DNA of 64,000 nucleotides, from the NCBI GenBank assembly GCA_964057225.1, contig OZ059895.1, positions 5,394,001 to 5,458,000 on the forward strand, given 5' to 3'. Of this stretch, positions 26,119-38,973 are shown piece after piece (the first letter of the stretch is position 1; every line of letters begins with the position of its first letter). A program made the translations under genes and the position numbers. Below the pieces are notes generated by a model. It was not told the origin of the DNA, searched no databases, and saw nothing but the letters and a program-made list of their open reading frames with translations. The stretch comes from Auanema rhodensis (taxonomy: Eukaryota; Animalia; Nematoda).

Positions 26119-27589
26119 ATTTTGTGGATTTGTGGAAAATGAATATCAGTAATGATGACCAAATAAAGGTGTCGGGGAACAACTCAACACATGTGCCTCT
26201 CTGTTACAAATGCTATTTCTGACATGCCAACAACAGCTTTCATCGCCTGGCCTCTACTTTTCATCTCTCTCGTTGCCTTTTCTAAATCAATTCTCATTAG
26301 CTTGTATGACTATAAGAACAGATTAGCTTAGGGAAACCAAACATTATCTTATCGAAGGAACAATTATTTCAAAATAAAACACAATCATTTTCTTAAAAGC
26401 TCACTTATTTTGGTTGAAAATAAACTGTTATGTATATACACTTTGTATTAAACAGCGAGAGAAATTTCGATTGTGGGCGTCATTTTAATGTGTCAGCAAT
26501 ATATTCATAGAAACAACAACAAAAACTAAATGATATTGAATTACAATGTGTTTATAAAAATCGCTGTAATTCTTAGAATACAGTAGAATTTTTGAATTAC
26601 CCGCCAAATTTACAAGTAACTATTCGAAAAACAGTTGTTTAACTGCTAGAAAGATTGGAAGACAAGTTATGTTTACTTTTCGGTGGAAAATACTGATAAG
26701 ATGAAAAATCGAATTTTAAACGCTTTAAGTCATTTTCTTTTTTGATATGGAATGGTTGAGCTGGGTCTTTCAGGTTTCTTTCATTGTGCATATTTGTTTG
26801 TTATATTAACCATAAATTTTTAATATTTTCATTTTTATAACAATTTTGCTAGTTTTAGTTTAATTATGAAATTGTAACGATTTTGTTTGCCATTTATTTT
26901 GAAAAGGTTTTATCATATAACACAAGACGGACACTTTTGATGTTCATGTGTTCTAGTATTTTCATATTATATTCGCTTATTCTACCTCCGCGGGGAATGA
27001 CGAAGCAATGCCACGATTTAAAATGTTGATGATGCTTGTTTCTGGTTTATTGCCGTCCAATGCTTAAAATAATTCCTTCTCTTAGTAATTGGTCTCATGA
27101 TATGTTTTATATGTGTCTCCAGCTTTTTTTGGCTGTTAAAAAGGGTCTTGTAATCTGCTCTTTGTTTTTTTTTTCATCAATATAGTACAGCCTGACTTGG
27201 GAAAGTGTATGTATGAATGTGGCAGTTTTCATTGATTCATACATTCCAAAGACTGGCCATCCGACATCACGTCGTTCAAATGAGTCAGCAGACTACATGT
27301 ATACTTGAGTTTTATTTTTGTATTCTCCCGTCTATTTCGCGCACCAGCTGTCTTGAGGAAGGGAAATTGTTGTTTCATTTATATTATTTCTTATGGAATG
27401 AACTGAGATTTTCCGTTTTTTACAAGTTTTTTCCTCTAATTGTCATATATTCATTACCATTAATAGTTTACGCTTCTTTTTTGAGATTGTTCTATAATAT
27501 CGCTTAATTTACGTGACGAAGTTATCTAGGTCGATGTAATCGTTCGTTTCGTTTCGTAAATAAAAACCATGTCATTTCATTTTTAGTCA

Positions 27590-28348
27590 ATGGCTTGTGT
27601 TGCTTCTCGCGCCGAAAAGAGCGGAATCGCTCTCGAAGCTCAACAAAAAATCCATGGAAAATATGACAAGGAGCTTGCTGGCCAGATCCTTCTCTGGGTT
27701 AAGGTGTGTTATTGACTTTTTTCTAGATTCTTCTTTTGACCATTACATTTAAGAACATTGTTGGTGAAGACATCAATACTGATGGTAGTGCAGACAACTT
27801 AACTCAACTTTTCCATGATGGCTCTCTGTTGTGCAAGTAAGAATCTTGCTTAATGTTTATTCAAAATATATTTCATTTCAGGTTGGCTAACGCCTTAGAG
27901 TCTGGTTCTGTCAAGAAGATTAATACTTCCAAAATGGCTTTCAAGCAGATGGAGAATATCTCTTTCTTCTTGGCTTTTGCTGAAAAATACATCAGCAAGA
28001 CCGAACTTTTCCAGGTCAGTAAGGAATCAGTCTGGTTTGTTCGAACATTACCTTTTAGACTGTTGATTTATATGAGGCTCAAGATCCTAATGCTGTACTC
28101 GTCTGCCTTTCTGCCTTGGCTAGAAAGAGTGAGAAACTCTTTGGAAAATCTGGATTAGGACCAAAGGTAAAAAGATCAGCTCTATTTCTAGCGACATTAA
28201 AATCGTTTTACAGGAAGCCGAAGGAGAGAAGAGAAACTGGACGGACGAACAGTTGAAGGCTGGCCATGGTGTTATTGGTCTCCAGATGGGCAGTAACAAA
28301 GGTGCTAACGCTTCTGGTATGAACTTCGGTAATACTCGCCATATGTGA
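27590..28348 (+). CDS. cpn-1: Calponin/transgelin CPN-1
   Basis: MACVASRAEKSGIALEAQQKIHGKYDKELAG, a CH domain, and a single CLIK repeat VIGLQMGSNKGANASGMNFGNTRHM*. Five exons. Confidence 0.93.
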
Positions 28349-28861
28349 AAAAGTTTATTTGTTTGAATTGACATATGAAATGGTACCGTGTATCATTTCA
28401 AAACTCCCTTGTATGAGATAATTCCAGACACGAAGTGTTCTTCCTTGTTTTTTTTCTTTATTTTTTATTTATGCGTTCACGCATTGCCCTATGTATATGT
28501 CTCCCGGTGTTGTATAAACTGGTTTTTCTTGACCATACATCATAGTATTATTATATTTACGAACCCAAAAAGAGAAAATTAAGATGAACGAAGCTTTATA
28601 TACATATAGATATATACGTATTGTATGAAACTAACAACACAATTTGACAACAGGATTGTTGAAGCAAATAAATTGACTAGGTTAGAAAGAGATGTAAATG
28701 AATGACGATATATTGGCAGCAAAGCTGGGACTGAGTTTCTGTGATACCCGATGATTTGGCTTTAAGGTTTGTTTACATTGCAAACTGTTTGATCTGTAGG
28801 ATCCTAACCGATATTCAACTACGCTGCACAAAACTGCTCTAAGATGATTATTCTACAGTTC

Positions 28862-31785
28862 TTATTCGTCGGATTCTTCTTCTTTTATAACCATGGTCGG
28901 CAGGTTTGATGAAGTTCCCGATGATCCACAACTTGACTCCATATGTCGGTTAAGATAGCTTCTTAATGCAAACCGTTTGCCACAAACATTACATCCAAAT
29001 CGTTTCTCTCCTGAAATTGAAAGCGAATTGTCAGTCTTGTTAAGTATCGAGGGCTTTTGGTCTCGCAACATGCGTTTGTTATGTTGCTTGCTGACGGATA
29101 GACAGCAACGATGATGGTATAAAGTGAATGCTACGGATTAGTTTTGTCGTGCTGTCATTCATCACACCAGACTTATGAGGTAAGTCTTCGCTTGTTCTCT
29201 CCTTGTCTTTCAGTGGCATATACATAAAGGATTTTTTTGAAACAACATTAGAAGCCACAGATTGTTTAAAAGACTAAGTCAGAAAATAAGACACAAGGAT
29301 GATTCATTCGTATTTTTCGTTTTTTTTTTTTGTTTTTAAAAGAAATTCACTACGAACCTGTGTGCGTGAGAATATGAGCTCTTAAATTGCTACGATCAGC
29401 AAAACTCTTCCCGCAATGTGCACAGCCAAATGGGCGTTGTCCAGTATGTGATCGAAGGTGTCCCTAAAAAAATGCAGGATTTCTATACTTATATTGAATT
29501 TGATGAACAACGAAGAAATATAGAAATGTATAGAAAATTGTACCTGAAGAAGCCAAAGCCTGGAAAAGACTTTTCCACAAACATGACACTCGTGACTAGC
29601 TTTATGGGTAAGGATATGCATACTGAAAGATAATTTTTAATGATAAATATCTTTGAATCTTATATGATCTTATATGATTAGCAGATAAAGGCAGATGTTT
29701 AAGATTTAGTTATTCGCTTTCAGGTATTATTGACCATGAGATCACTCGTATAGACAAGTACGTTGTCAAAAAGTATGTGGAGAGAGAGAGAGTTAGAGAA
29801 ACACTAAGCAAGGTTAAGCATGGAGAAGGATGATACCCTGATTCTACAAGCTACTTCGCCAAGAGACGGATCGACAGGTGATCCCGCTTAGCTCTAGGAA
29901 TCAGAGCAGCCGGATTGCGTCATAGCTCAAATCCAATTACGGTAGTCATGACCTGCACTGACCGCTGCAGATGTTTCCGTTTTCCATGTATACCTCTTAA
30001 ACTTTATCGCTTTGTATTCTGTATCTCTCATAATTATGCACTCTCTTAGTGAATAAAATAAGCTGTTAAGAAGGAATAGCAGGATAATTTCTGGAGAGAG
30101 AGACAACATGGTCTGGATGATGATGATATGTAATTGCTGACAAACGATTATATAACATTCGAATGACACAGTATCATCATAACAATCATATTGAAGCGAA
30201 TCCTCATGTTATCTTACTCTCTCGTTATCTTACTATATAGTCTCTCTCTCTCTTTCTCTTTCTCTCTCTTAATCCATGTTATGCTACAACTTGAGTAACA
30301 AAACTGACTATTATATATTTCTATTATATATTCCACTATTTGAAGACAAGAATTTTATAATTTTACCTTAAAGCTGGCATACTGACGTAAACTCGATCAC
30401 AGTGTGGGCATTGCTTGGCATGTGGACTATCAAGTGGGCGATGCGTCTACAAATGAAGTTTTGTTTGTATGTTGGACATTTCAAGCTTTTTATGTTTAGA
30501 GCATACTTCAAGAAAGTAGTTTCGGATTTGATCAGAAAGAATTTCCTTTTTTTGTTTTTGAAAATAATATAAGAAAGAACTCAAATACCTGCTTATGTCG
30601 ACTAAGGTTGCTAGTAGTAGCGTAGGTCTTTCCGCATTGCTCACATACACAACGGGATGAATTTCTAAAAAATAAAACGTGGAACCTATCGAAATTAAAA
30701 CTTTGTTCCAACAAAATTAAAGAAGTAAACATCAAATGAAGTTTATTATTTTTCAAATGTCTTAAGAATATTACTTTTTGTCATTTTTGGCTCTTCCATC
30801 TGTCACATCTAGTGTGTCCATTGTATAGGCTGTAACTTCCGAAAAGGGGGACGAGCTTGTTGAAGACTGAAACATTATAAATTCTTTGAAGAGAAACGTG
30901 AAACATTTCACAGTTTTGAATTAATTTTGAAGATTAATTAGTGAAATTTAGTTTAATTTGTGTCTTCATTCCTTCCAAATATTTTACCATGAATATTTAT
31001 CCTTCCTTTTTTTCCTCGTAAGTTAGCCAAAAAAAAAAGCTGTTTCGTACTATTTTTCGGTTACTTTGCTTATGATTTCAATAGTAGGCATTTATGCGAA
31101 ATCATTTTAAGAGAGAAAGAAAAAAAAAGATGAAGGTAGACCAAGTAAATATAGAGAGGGGGCCGGCTCTCTGTTGCATATTCGATGTTTAATAGCTTCC
31201 GTACCTGCTTCTCATAGTTATCCGCTACTTTCAGCAGGTTGTCGATTGAAAATGAGCATGATGACGACTTAGCCGACTAAAAATAGAGAAATAGAAGTAA
31301 CATAGTTTAATAACGAATTTTTTTTTCGTTTTCTTCATCAGGCTGTATCTTTAAGCACGAACAGGAAAATGAAAAACATGGAAAACGATGTATGACGGAA
31401 CAAAAAAATAATTCGTGTGAAGAGCTTTATATGAAACGATAGTCAAGTATTTATGCTACGAAATAGGTAAAAACTGTTTTGAAGTTGTCAAAAGTGTTCT
31501 AAGAGAGTTTTACTCACATCGTCACTCTGGTTCTCATCTGTGGGTTCAATTTTGGGTTCCAATAAATTCTGTTTCAACAGTTCTTGTAGTTGCGAATTTA
31601 GTAACATATAATGAAATGGTAATAATTGAATTCCTGGAATAGACAAATGAATACATGTTAAGATAATCAAGTAATAATAGAAAAAGAGTAGAGCTTAAAT
31701 TACCTGGCTGGCTAACCATGGAAGATGGCATGGATAGGGTTGAATCTAATAGTTGTTGTAGTTGATGTGGTTGTAATGAGAACAT
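28862..31785 (-). CDS. ces-1: Snail/Scratch-family C2H2 zinc-finger transcription factor CES-1
   Basis: Eight exons. Scratch motif [12 protein letters not shown] and five fingers: [106 protein letters not shown]. Confidence 0.93.
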
Positions 31786-31868
31786 ATCTAAAACGAGATG
31801 AGATAATCTACTGAATTAGTCGGTCAACTGGGATAAAGATGAGTGATTCAAGCTCCAGATAGGGACAG

Positions 31869-31970
31869 CACGTGTAAAGGCAGACGAAGCAAGCCGTAAC
31901 TGGTGCATAAGAGGCGGAGCAACGCGTGCTGATTGGCTGTACCAATGCGATGTCAGCCGGAAGGCGGAGC
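31869..31970 (-). promoter_or_regulatory. ces-1 proximal promoter: CACGTG, two AGGCGGAGC GC-boxes 50 bp apart and inverted CCAAT boxes between them
   Basis: CACGTG at 31869-31874; AGGCGGAGC at 31912-31920 and 31962-31970; ATTGG at 31932-31936 and CCAAT at 31942-31946. Forms a GC-rich island 85-185 nt upstream of the ATG. Confidence 0.5.
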
Positions 31971-34165
31971 TCTAGCTGTGACACCGGTTGGACAGGAAGA
32001 AATTGAGACGGGAAAATGAGTCTTAGATTATATTGTTGAAGAAATTATCGAAAATATTAATGAAAAATATGTGAAAAGGTTAAGAAAAATTATGTTATAT
32101 GATACTAATCTTCCATGTGTGAAGGAAGAATTCAAAAGCTGATCGAGTTGACAACGCCAAGAATTCTTAAAACGGGACTGACTCAGAATTCTTGCTCACA
32201 ATTACAAGAAAATCTCTTGCGGAAAAGTGTCGCATATGGAATATGTCTTTGCTCCTCTGTTATCTGAAGAGAGAGGATAAAAGCGCTGGAGAAGAGGCTG
32301 TTGCTTTCACAAGGCGACAAGCAAAAGACCTCCAGACCTACTGGAAAGCTCAAGTACGTTGTCATCTGAAATTTCGGCTTGCAGACTTAAGCGTTGAAAG
32401 TAAGAAAGAATAGGAAGTTGGGTATAGTATATGAAATATAAGAGAGCATGAGCAAGCTTAAGAACGAAAAGATTGACGCAGCAAATCAGAGAATGAGTCG
32501 CAGGGAAGAGGAAAGAGGAGTTATGATGTATTTGTAACTTTGACTACTTGGGACTAACAAGGATTAAATTCTCTAAATCGTATGGTTAGTTAGATGATCT
32601 GAAATTTCCATATGTAGATGATCAATCTGAACAATGGCTTGTCAATCTTATTGAAGAAGCCAAATGGATTCCTAGCTGTCTGGATGGCTGGCTGGCTGAA
32701 ATCCTAAATAAAAAAAGAAATGATGAAAAATGACTTAAGTTCAAAATGTTCTTTGTGTATGAAATAAGAGACATGCTCCATCTAATTTGAAAAGCAAGAG
32801 CATGGTAATATGGTCAGCTGTTTTATAGGTATGCTTGCAATTGCGGGTGTGAGCTGTTTCCTTTTTCATACAAGAGTACTTGAAAGTTTGATTCAAATAT
32901 TACAAAGTATATACTTAATTGGTCAAATATCTATTGAAATTATGAATGAATGATTGATTGTACACATACTACATGTACGCATATCTCTAGTTTCAGACAT
33001 ATTCTTTATTACAATCTCTATATATTTAAAATAAAAGAATGGCTTGTTAAGGGTCTTAAACAGACAAAAAATAATAATAACAATTTGAATAAATGTTATA
33101 CATATGTCATAACCTCATGTAACTATTTCTTCTTGTTCTTATGCCTTGTTTGGTATGGAATTTCAATCACTTATACAATAGCTCATCCTAATATGACTCT
33201 CGAACGAATATTGTACATGAGTAGTTCAATACAATGGGCCAGGTGGATCTTAGGAGCTCGTCTCAGTAGCCTTCCCATGTAAGTGCTCTACTCGGACCAT
33301 AACCCATCTCCTTTACAACCATTGCGCAATTGACTTCCGTTTAGTTTCATCAGGCTTACCTATAGAGCTGTCTCGAAGGAACTGAGATAGGGGATGATAT
33401 CTGCATACCCCCTTCTAATATTAGAATTTTATTATAATTCTAGGATATATCATTTTTAATTTAAAACGTATGAAATTGATTGAGCAAACTAGATTTTATT
33501 TTAATAATTTATTTTAAAACTCGTATGTATAAGCATTCTGTTGCTATTGCTATATTATTACTTATTTACTCGGATACATCTGACGAATTCAGCCTCTCCT
33601 TATGTTTGATTTTTCAATTACCAGCAGCCATTATTTTAACTAAAATGTGTTAAAAACGTCATAGAACTACTTATAGAGCTCTCTAGAACATAAATGCACA
33701 GAATTATGTAGTTTCACAACAAGTATGCGTCAGCTGTTAACTGACCTCCCCCATCCGGTGTAGTCATTTGCCAAGAGTAAGCTCAAGTTGGATACTCTGT
33801 TTTTGCTCCATGCTGAGTAAAACACGTGTTTACTTGATTGAGAATGAATTGGTGGCACTTGGATAATTTTACAAGATTAAATACTAATAATAAAAAAATA
33901 TATCTTCATTAGCCTAAAGTTCACTTCACGTACACTTCACGTAAAGCGCATTCAATTTATTTTTTTTTGCCTGTCGCGCGAACGGTTGACTTTAATAATT
34001 ACTTTAAAATATTCTATTCAAATACTCATTATCAAATATAGCATCATGTTATTCTATATAAAATTCTAATTAACATCTGTCTAATTAATTTTTGAAACTA
34101 CCTTTTTGTGTGAGCAATCAGTCATTTAACAGTTTCTACCAAAAATTACTGGTCTAACTGAAAGC

Positions 34166-34344
34166 CTTACGTAAGAGCGAGTAGACTAAAACTGTTACAG
34201 ACTGTGATATACAATTAGAAGCATAATAATAGTGTTACCATCTACCTCAAATCATGTGGGTCGGAAGGCGAATCACGGAGACAGGTGGCTGCCGCGACCC
34301 CAAACCGTAACACTTACGTAACCACCAACGGTCGCAGCCATTTG
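34166..34344. promoter_or_regulatory. Candidate ces-1 upstream enhancer with two PAR-bZIP (CES-2-type) TTACGTAA sites and E-boxes
   Basis: TTACGTAA at 34167-34174 and 34314-34321; ACAGGTG at 34281-34287; CATTTG at 34339-34344. Confidence 0.5.
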
Positions 34345-35816
34345 CTTCAGGGACAATCATCCTTCATTGGAGCCGTCAACCCTTTTACATCATATCTTCA
34401 AGCAAGCTTGACAGGAAAATCCATTCGAATAAGCAATTAAAGACTCTCAATCATTGAAGAAAGGCATGCGCGCTTGGCATCTTTAAAGCTTTTTCCCGAA
34501 GATCAGCCCCCATATATAGCAGATTTCTTTAGCTTTCACATGCTCTCATCAACGTCTGCTAAATGATGAATGTTAAATTCTCAGCTGTCCTTTTTGTATT
34601 TTATCCGAAATCCTTGAAATACGCAAAAGGAACTGATATAGCTATATTTATCCAAGAACTCAAGTGCATAATCGGCAAATCCCAATGTCACCGACGTCAC
34701 CTGTGATCATGTTTGCTTAAGTGACAATATGGCACTGATCATAAGATTTTTTAGTAAATGTGAAGACTACTACCAGTTGAGAGGTTTGCATCGATCGAGT
34801 ACCTATTTACTAAAGACAACATCTAAGGAACCCATAACTTCGTACGAGGTTTCCAAAATTCCCCTAGGCATAACGATTACATGACCTTAATCGCATAACA
34901 TATGTCGAGTTGTCCGTCAAATCTAAGATGCTTCTATTCCTACGGTATCGCTGACGGGAGCAAAATGCTATCGTCGCGGTGCTTTCTTGCTTCTTGGCAT
35001 ATGGCTAGTTGTCATAGACGGAGATGCTATCATTCTCAATACACACTACGGGATGCCACAGCGCTTCCCTTTTATGACATAATGCTTATTGAATATTGTG
35101 GGTGATGTCTTGGTTAGCCTTAAAAGAATCCGGAAAGAAAAGATTGGCAATAACCATGGTTCAAACCCCATTCAGGTATTTTCTTAATATAGTAATTATA
35201 ATAGAAATCCTTATAAAAATTTAAACAATTGTCCACATATTACCATTACATTCAACAGCCATATATACACACATCTAATCGAAGACAAAGAAAACATATT
35301 TTAAACATTATATACTTCCCGACAAAGACAAAAATTATCGAGATGTTTCTATACATTATCTAAATAGGAAACACAACGTTTTACCTTCTTTGACATAGCT
35401 ATTGATCATGGTATTGAGTATCAATATTCTACATTCAAACAAAACTTCATTTTAAAGGCGATCGCTAGTTTTTTCATTAAAGTGAAAAAAACCTGAAAAA
35501 AAACTCAAAAAAAGAAAAAAAAAAAAACTTTTTTTTTTGAAACAAAATGTACGGTAGTTACGTACGTACGCAATACCACAACTTGTAGCATGAGTCAAAA
35601 TTATTTAAAAGCTTATATATTATATAGCTTAAATAAAAGTTCTGTTTGTAATTGTTCATATTAAAAATTAAATTTTATAATTAAACATTACAATTTTTCA
35701 TTTCGTGACGTTTAATGCATATCATTCACTTACCTAAATCATGATTTTAGCAGTTGTTAAGGTTAATTAATGATGATTTTCTTTTATAGGCAGTACTTGT
35801 TAGGCAGAAAATCAAG

Positions 35817-36832
<1,016 letters not shown>

Positions 36833-37051
36833 TAAATGCATTCAAGTTGTAACTTGTTTATTATAAAAAACGATCTCTTGTTATGCGTTGTTAATTTTTT
36901 ATACTTTATTAAACGTTCCTGAGTTATAAAAGCCGTTTTAGTAAATTCTTGAATGCTCCAACAAGTTTTATAATCTATATTATCAAACAGGATGAATATA
37001 GTTAGATACTAGGATTTTACTGTGGTGTTATACGGTGTTGCTTAGCGGAGG

Positions 37052-37065
37052 GTTGCCCTGGTAAC
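37052..37065 (+). promoter_or_regulatory. X-box (RFX/DAF-19 site) GTTGCCCTGGTAAC
   Basis: A 14-bp imperfect palindrome matching GTHNYY-N2-RRNAAC, extending to GGTTGCC-CT-GGTAACC. It ends 43 nt before the ATG at 37109. A second X-box-like GTTGCTTAGCGGAG lies at 37037-37050. Confidence 0.85.
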
Positions 37066-37108
37066 CATAAGAATAGTAAACTGAAAACGCCGTCTCAGTT
37101 ATATAGTT

Positions 37109-38839
37109 ATGGATGATGTCAAACTAAATTCTTTCTTTTTACCCTCTTCATGGAAAAAAGAAACTACATATTCAAATTCTTCTACTTTCACTGAGCCTGT
37201 AAAAAAGAAAGGTATATATTATTAAATTGTTATTTCAAGCATGTTGTTATATAGATGTTGGGTGTGACCCAATGCAGCAAAAGTCAGTTGATATTCAAAC
37301 GGATGCTATAGTATCTAAATCGGTTGATGAAAATGTAAAAATCGATGAAAAGGTTTAAAATTTGCAGATAATATTTTATTTTTAAACTTTGATTCAAGGT
37401 TATAACAAACATTGAGAATATGCTAAAGGAGAATATCCGATTATCTACATTATTCAATCAACTTAATATATTTCATAAAGCTGACAGGTTGCGTCTTGAA
37501 GTTCTTAGAACATATAATATACAAATGGTAAAGTTATGATGAATTAGATATCAGAAAAGTGCATTTTAGTTGGAGGCTGAAGAGCACACTGTTATTGGCA
37601 TGGTTTGTGGAACAGCTGGAAGAGTTGCTATACTAGTAGGAGAATTATATCATTCATCATGGTGTGGTCATCAAGCAAAAGTTGTTGTTAGTCAAAGAAA
37701 TCAGGTACTAGTCAAGTCTCAATAAAACTGAAGATATTATATCTCAGGTAACTTCATTTCCACAGCCCGTGTGCCCCACATGTGCTGCATGGTCCCCACA
37801 TAGTTTGTTAGCTGTAGGCAGTATATCTGGAGAAATATCAGTGTATTCGTCAGAAAAACAAATAGCCAGTAATTCTGTAAGTTTGCTTCATTTGAAAAAG
37901 TTATTCCACAGGTTTAAATGAATTTTCCCGGTGCGAATGCTAATGCATACTTATTTTGAATAGAATGAATTTTTGGGCAATTGCTGGTATCCGCTATTTT
38001 TTCAATGACGCTATTGTTTTATGGCAAAAACTTCCCTAATTTTAGGAACAAACAAGACCATTGACATCTATTACTTGGTATTCTACAACCCGCTTGATAT
38101 CATGCAATACAGACGGGCAAATTACTATGTGGGTTTTCAAAGGTACAGAGTTAGAGTTGGAACAGGTATATCTGATATTATTTGACGCTTTACGACACAA
38201 AAAAATGAATTTGCAGAGTATAACTCTATCTGTATCAAATTTGCCACGTCGAATTCGCAAATCATCACCTTCCAATAAACCTCTGGCTATAGTAGGCATG
38301 CAAAGGTATTACGAAATGATTTATTTCCTGGTTATATCAATGATCATTATTCATAGTTCTCAATTATTAATTCTATTACTATAGGCATAAAAATGAACTG
38401 TACGTAGCTTCGGAAACGGGCGGATTATGGATGATTACAGTCCCCGACTTTCAAATCAAAACGATTCCTAGTGAACCACGGGCTGTACAATTCATAAGTT
38501 ACTGCGCACCCCATATAGCAGTTGCTGATGATTTCTCTTCTGTCACAATATTAGGGCAGGATGGTGGGATTCATGATCTAGTTTGGTCACCGTACTTTCA
38601 CAGTTTCAGGATCTCTAATTAATACCATTGGTATAGTAGCGAAGTGGCTGTATAATTGTTCGAATATGCTAGTGGTTTCGGATGGTTCTCGTGTGGTATT
38701 CTATGATTGTTATGAGCAGAAAGTATTATCTGACGAAAAACTGGCTTTCATTGCTCTTGCGCCAACTACAACATATTCCGAAATGGTAGTTTTAACACGT
38801 AATTATGAACTTGTTATTTATAACATTGTTCGGGATTAG
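37109..38839 (+). CDS. WD40 protein, probable divergent dynein-2 intermediate chain WDR34/DYNC2I2
   Basis: Nine exons spliced in frame (~400 aa). N-terminal LPSSW and the LC8-type motif KSVDIQTD are followed by LVGELYHSSW, LAVGSISGEISVY, PLTSITW, LISCNTDGQITMW, SNLPRRIRK and VASETGG, colinear with motifs of vertebrate WDR34 as recalled. X-box upstream. Confidence 0.75.
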
Positions 38840-38973
38840 TTAAATAGAATTTATGCATACGATATAATCTGTTAACAATCTGGCAAATAGAAAGCAAAGA
38901 AATCACAGATAACAAGCGCGTATGTAGAAAGAACCGTGCTAGGATGCTAGAACATTGAAAGCAGAAATATAGG

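Noticed and set aside
28739-28746. K-box (miR-2 family site) CTGTGATA between cpn-1 and ces-1
   Set aside because: Antisense to ces-1 and downstream of the likely cpn-1 poly(A) signal.
32192-32413. ORF of 73 aa upstream of ces-1, and similar short ORFs at 20118, 34902, 56248, 58322 and 61168
   Set aside because: No recognisable motifs, non-ATG or weak starts, and no supporting splice structure; consistent with chance ORFs.
35100-35175. Pol III B-box-like GGTTCAAACCC with an upstream TGGTTAG, suggesting a tRNA or SINE
   Set aside because: No convincing acceptor, D or anticodon stems and only one copy in the window. tRNAscan-SE or a repeat search would be needed.
35486-35538. Long A tracts as a retroelement poly(A) tail
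   Set aside because: No RT/endonuclease remnant or target-site duplication. A poly(dA:dT) promoter tract for cfim-1 is the simpler explanation.
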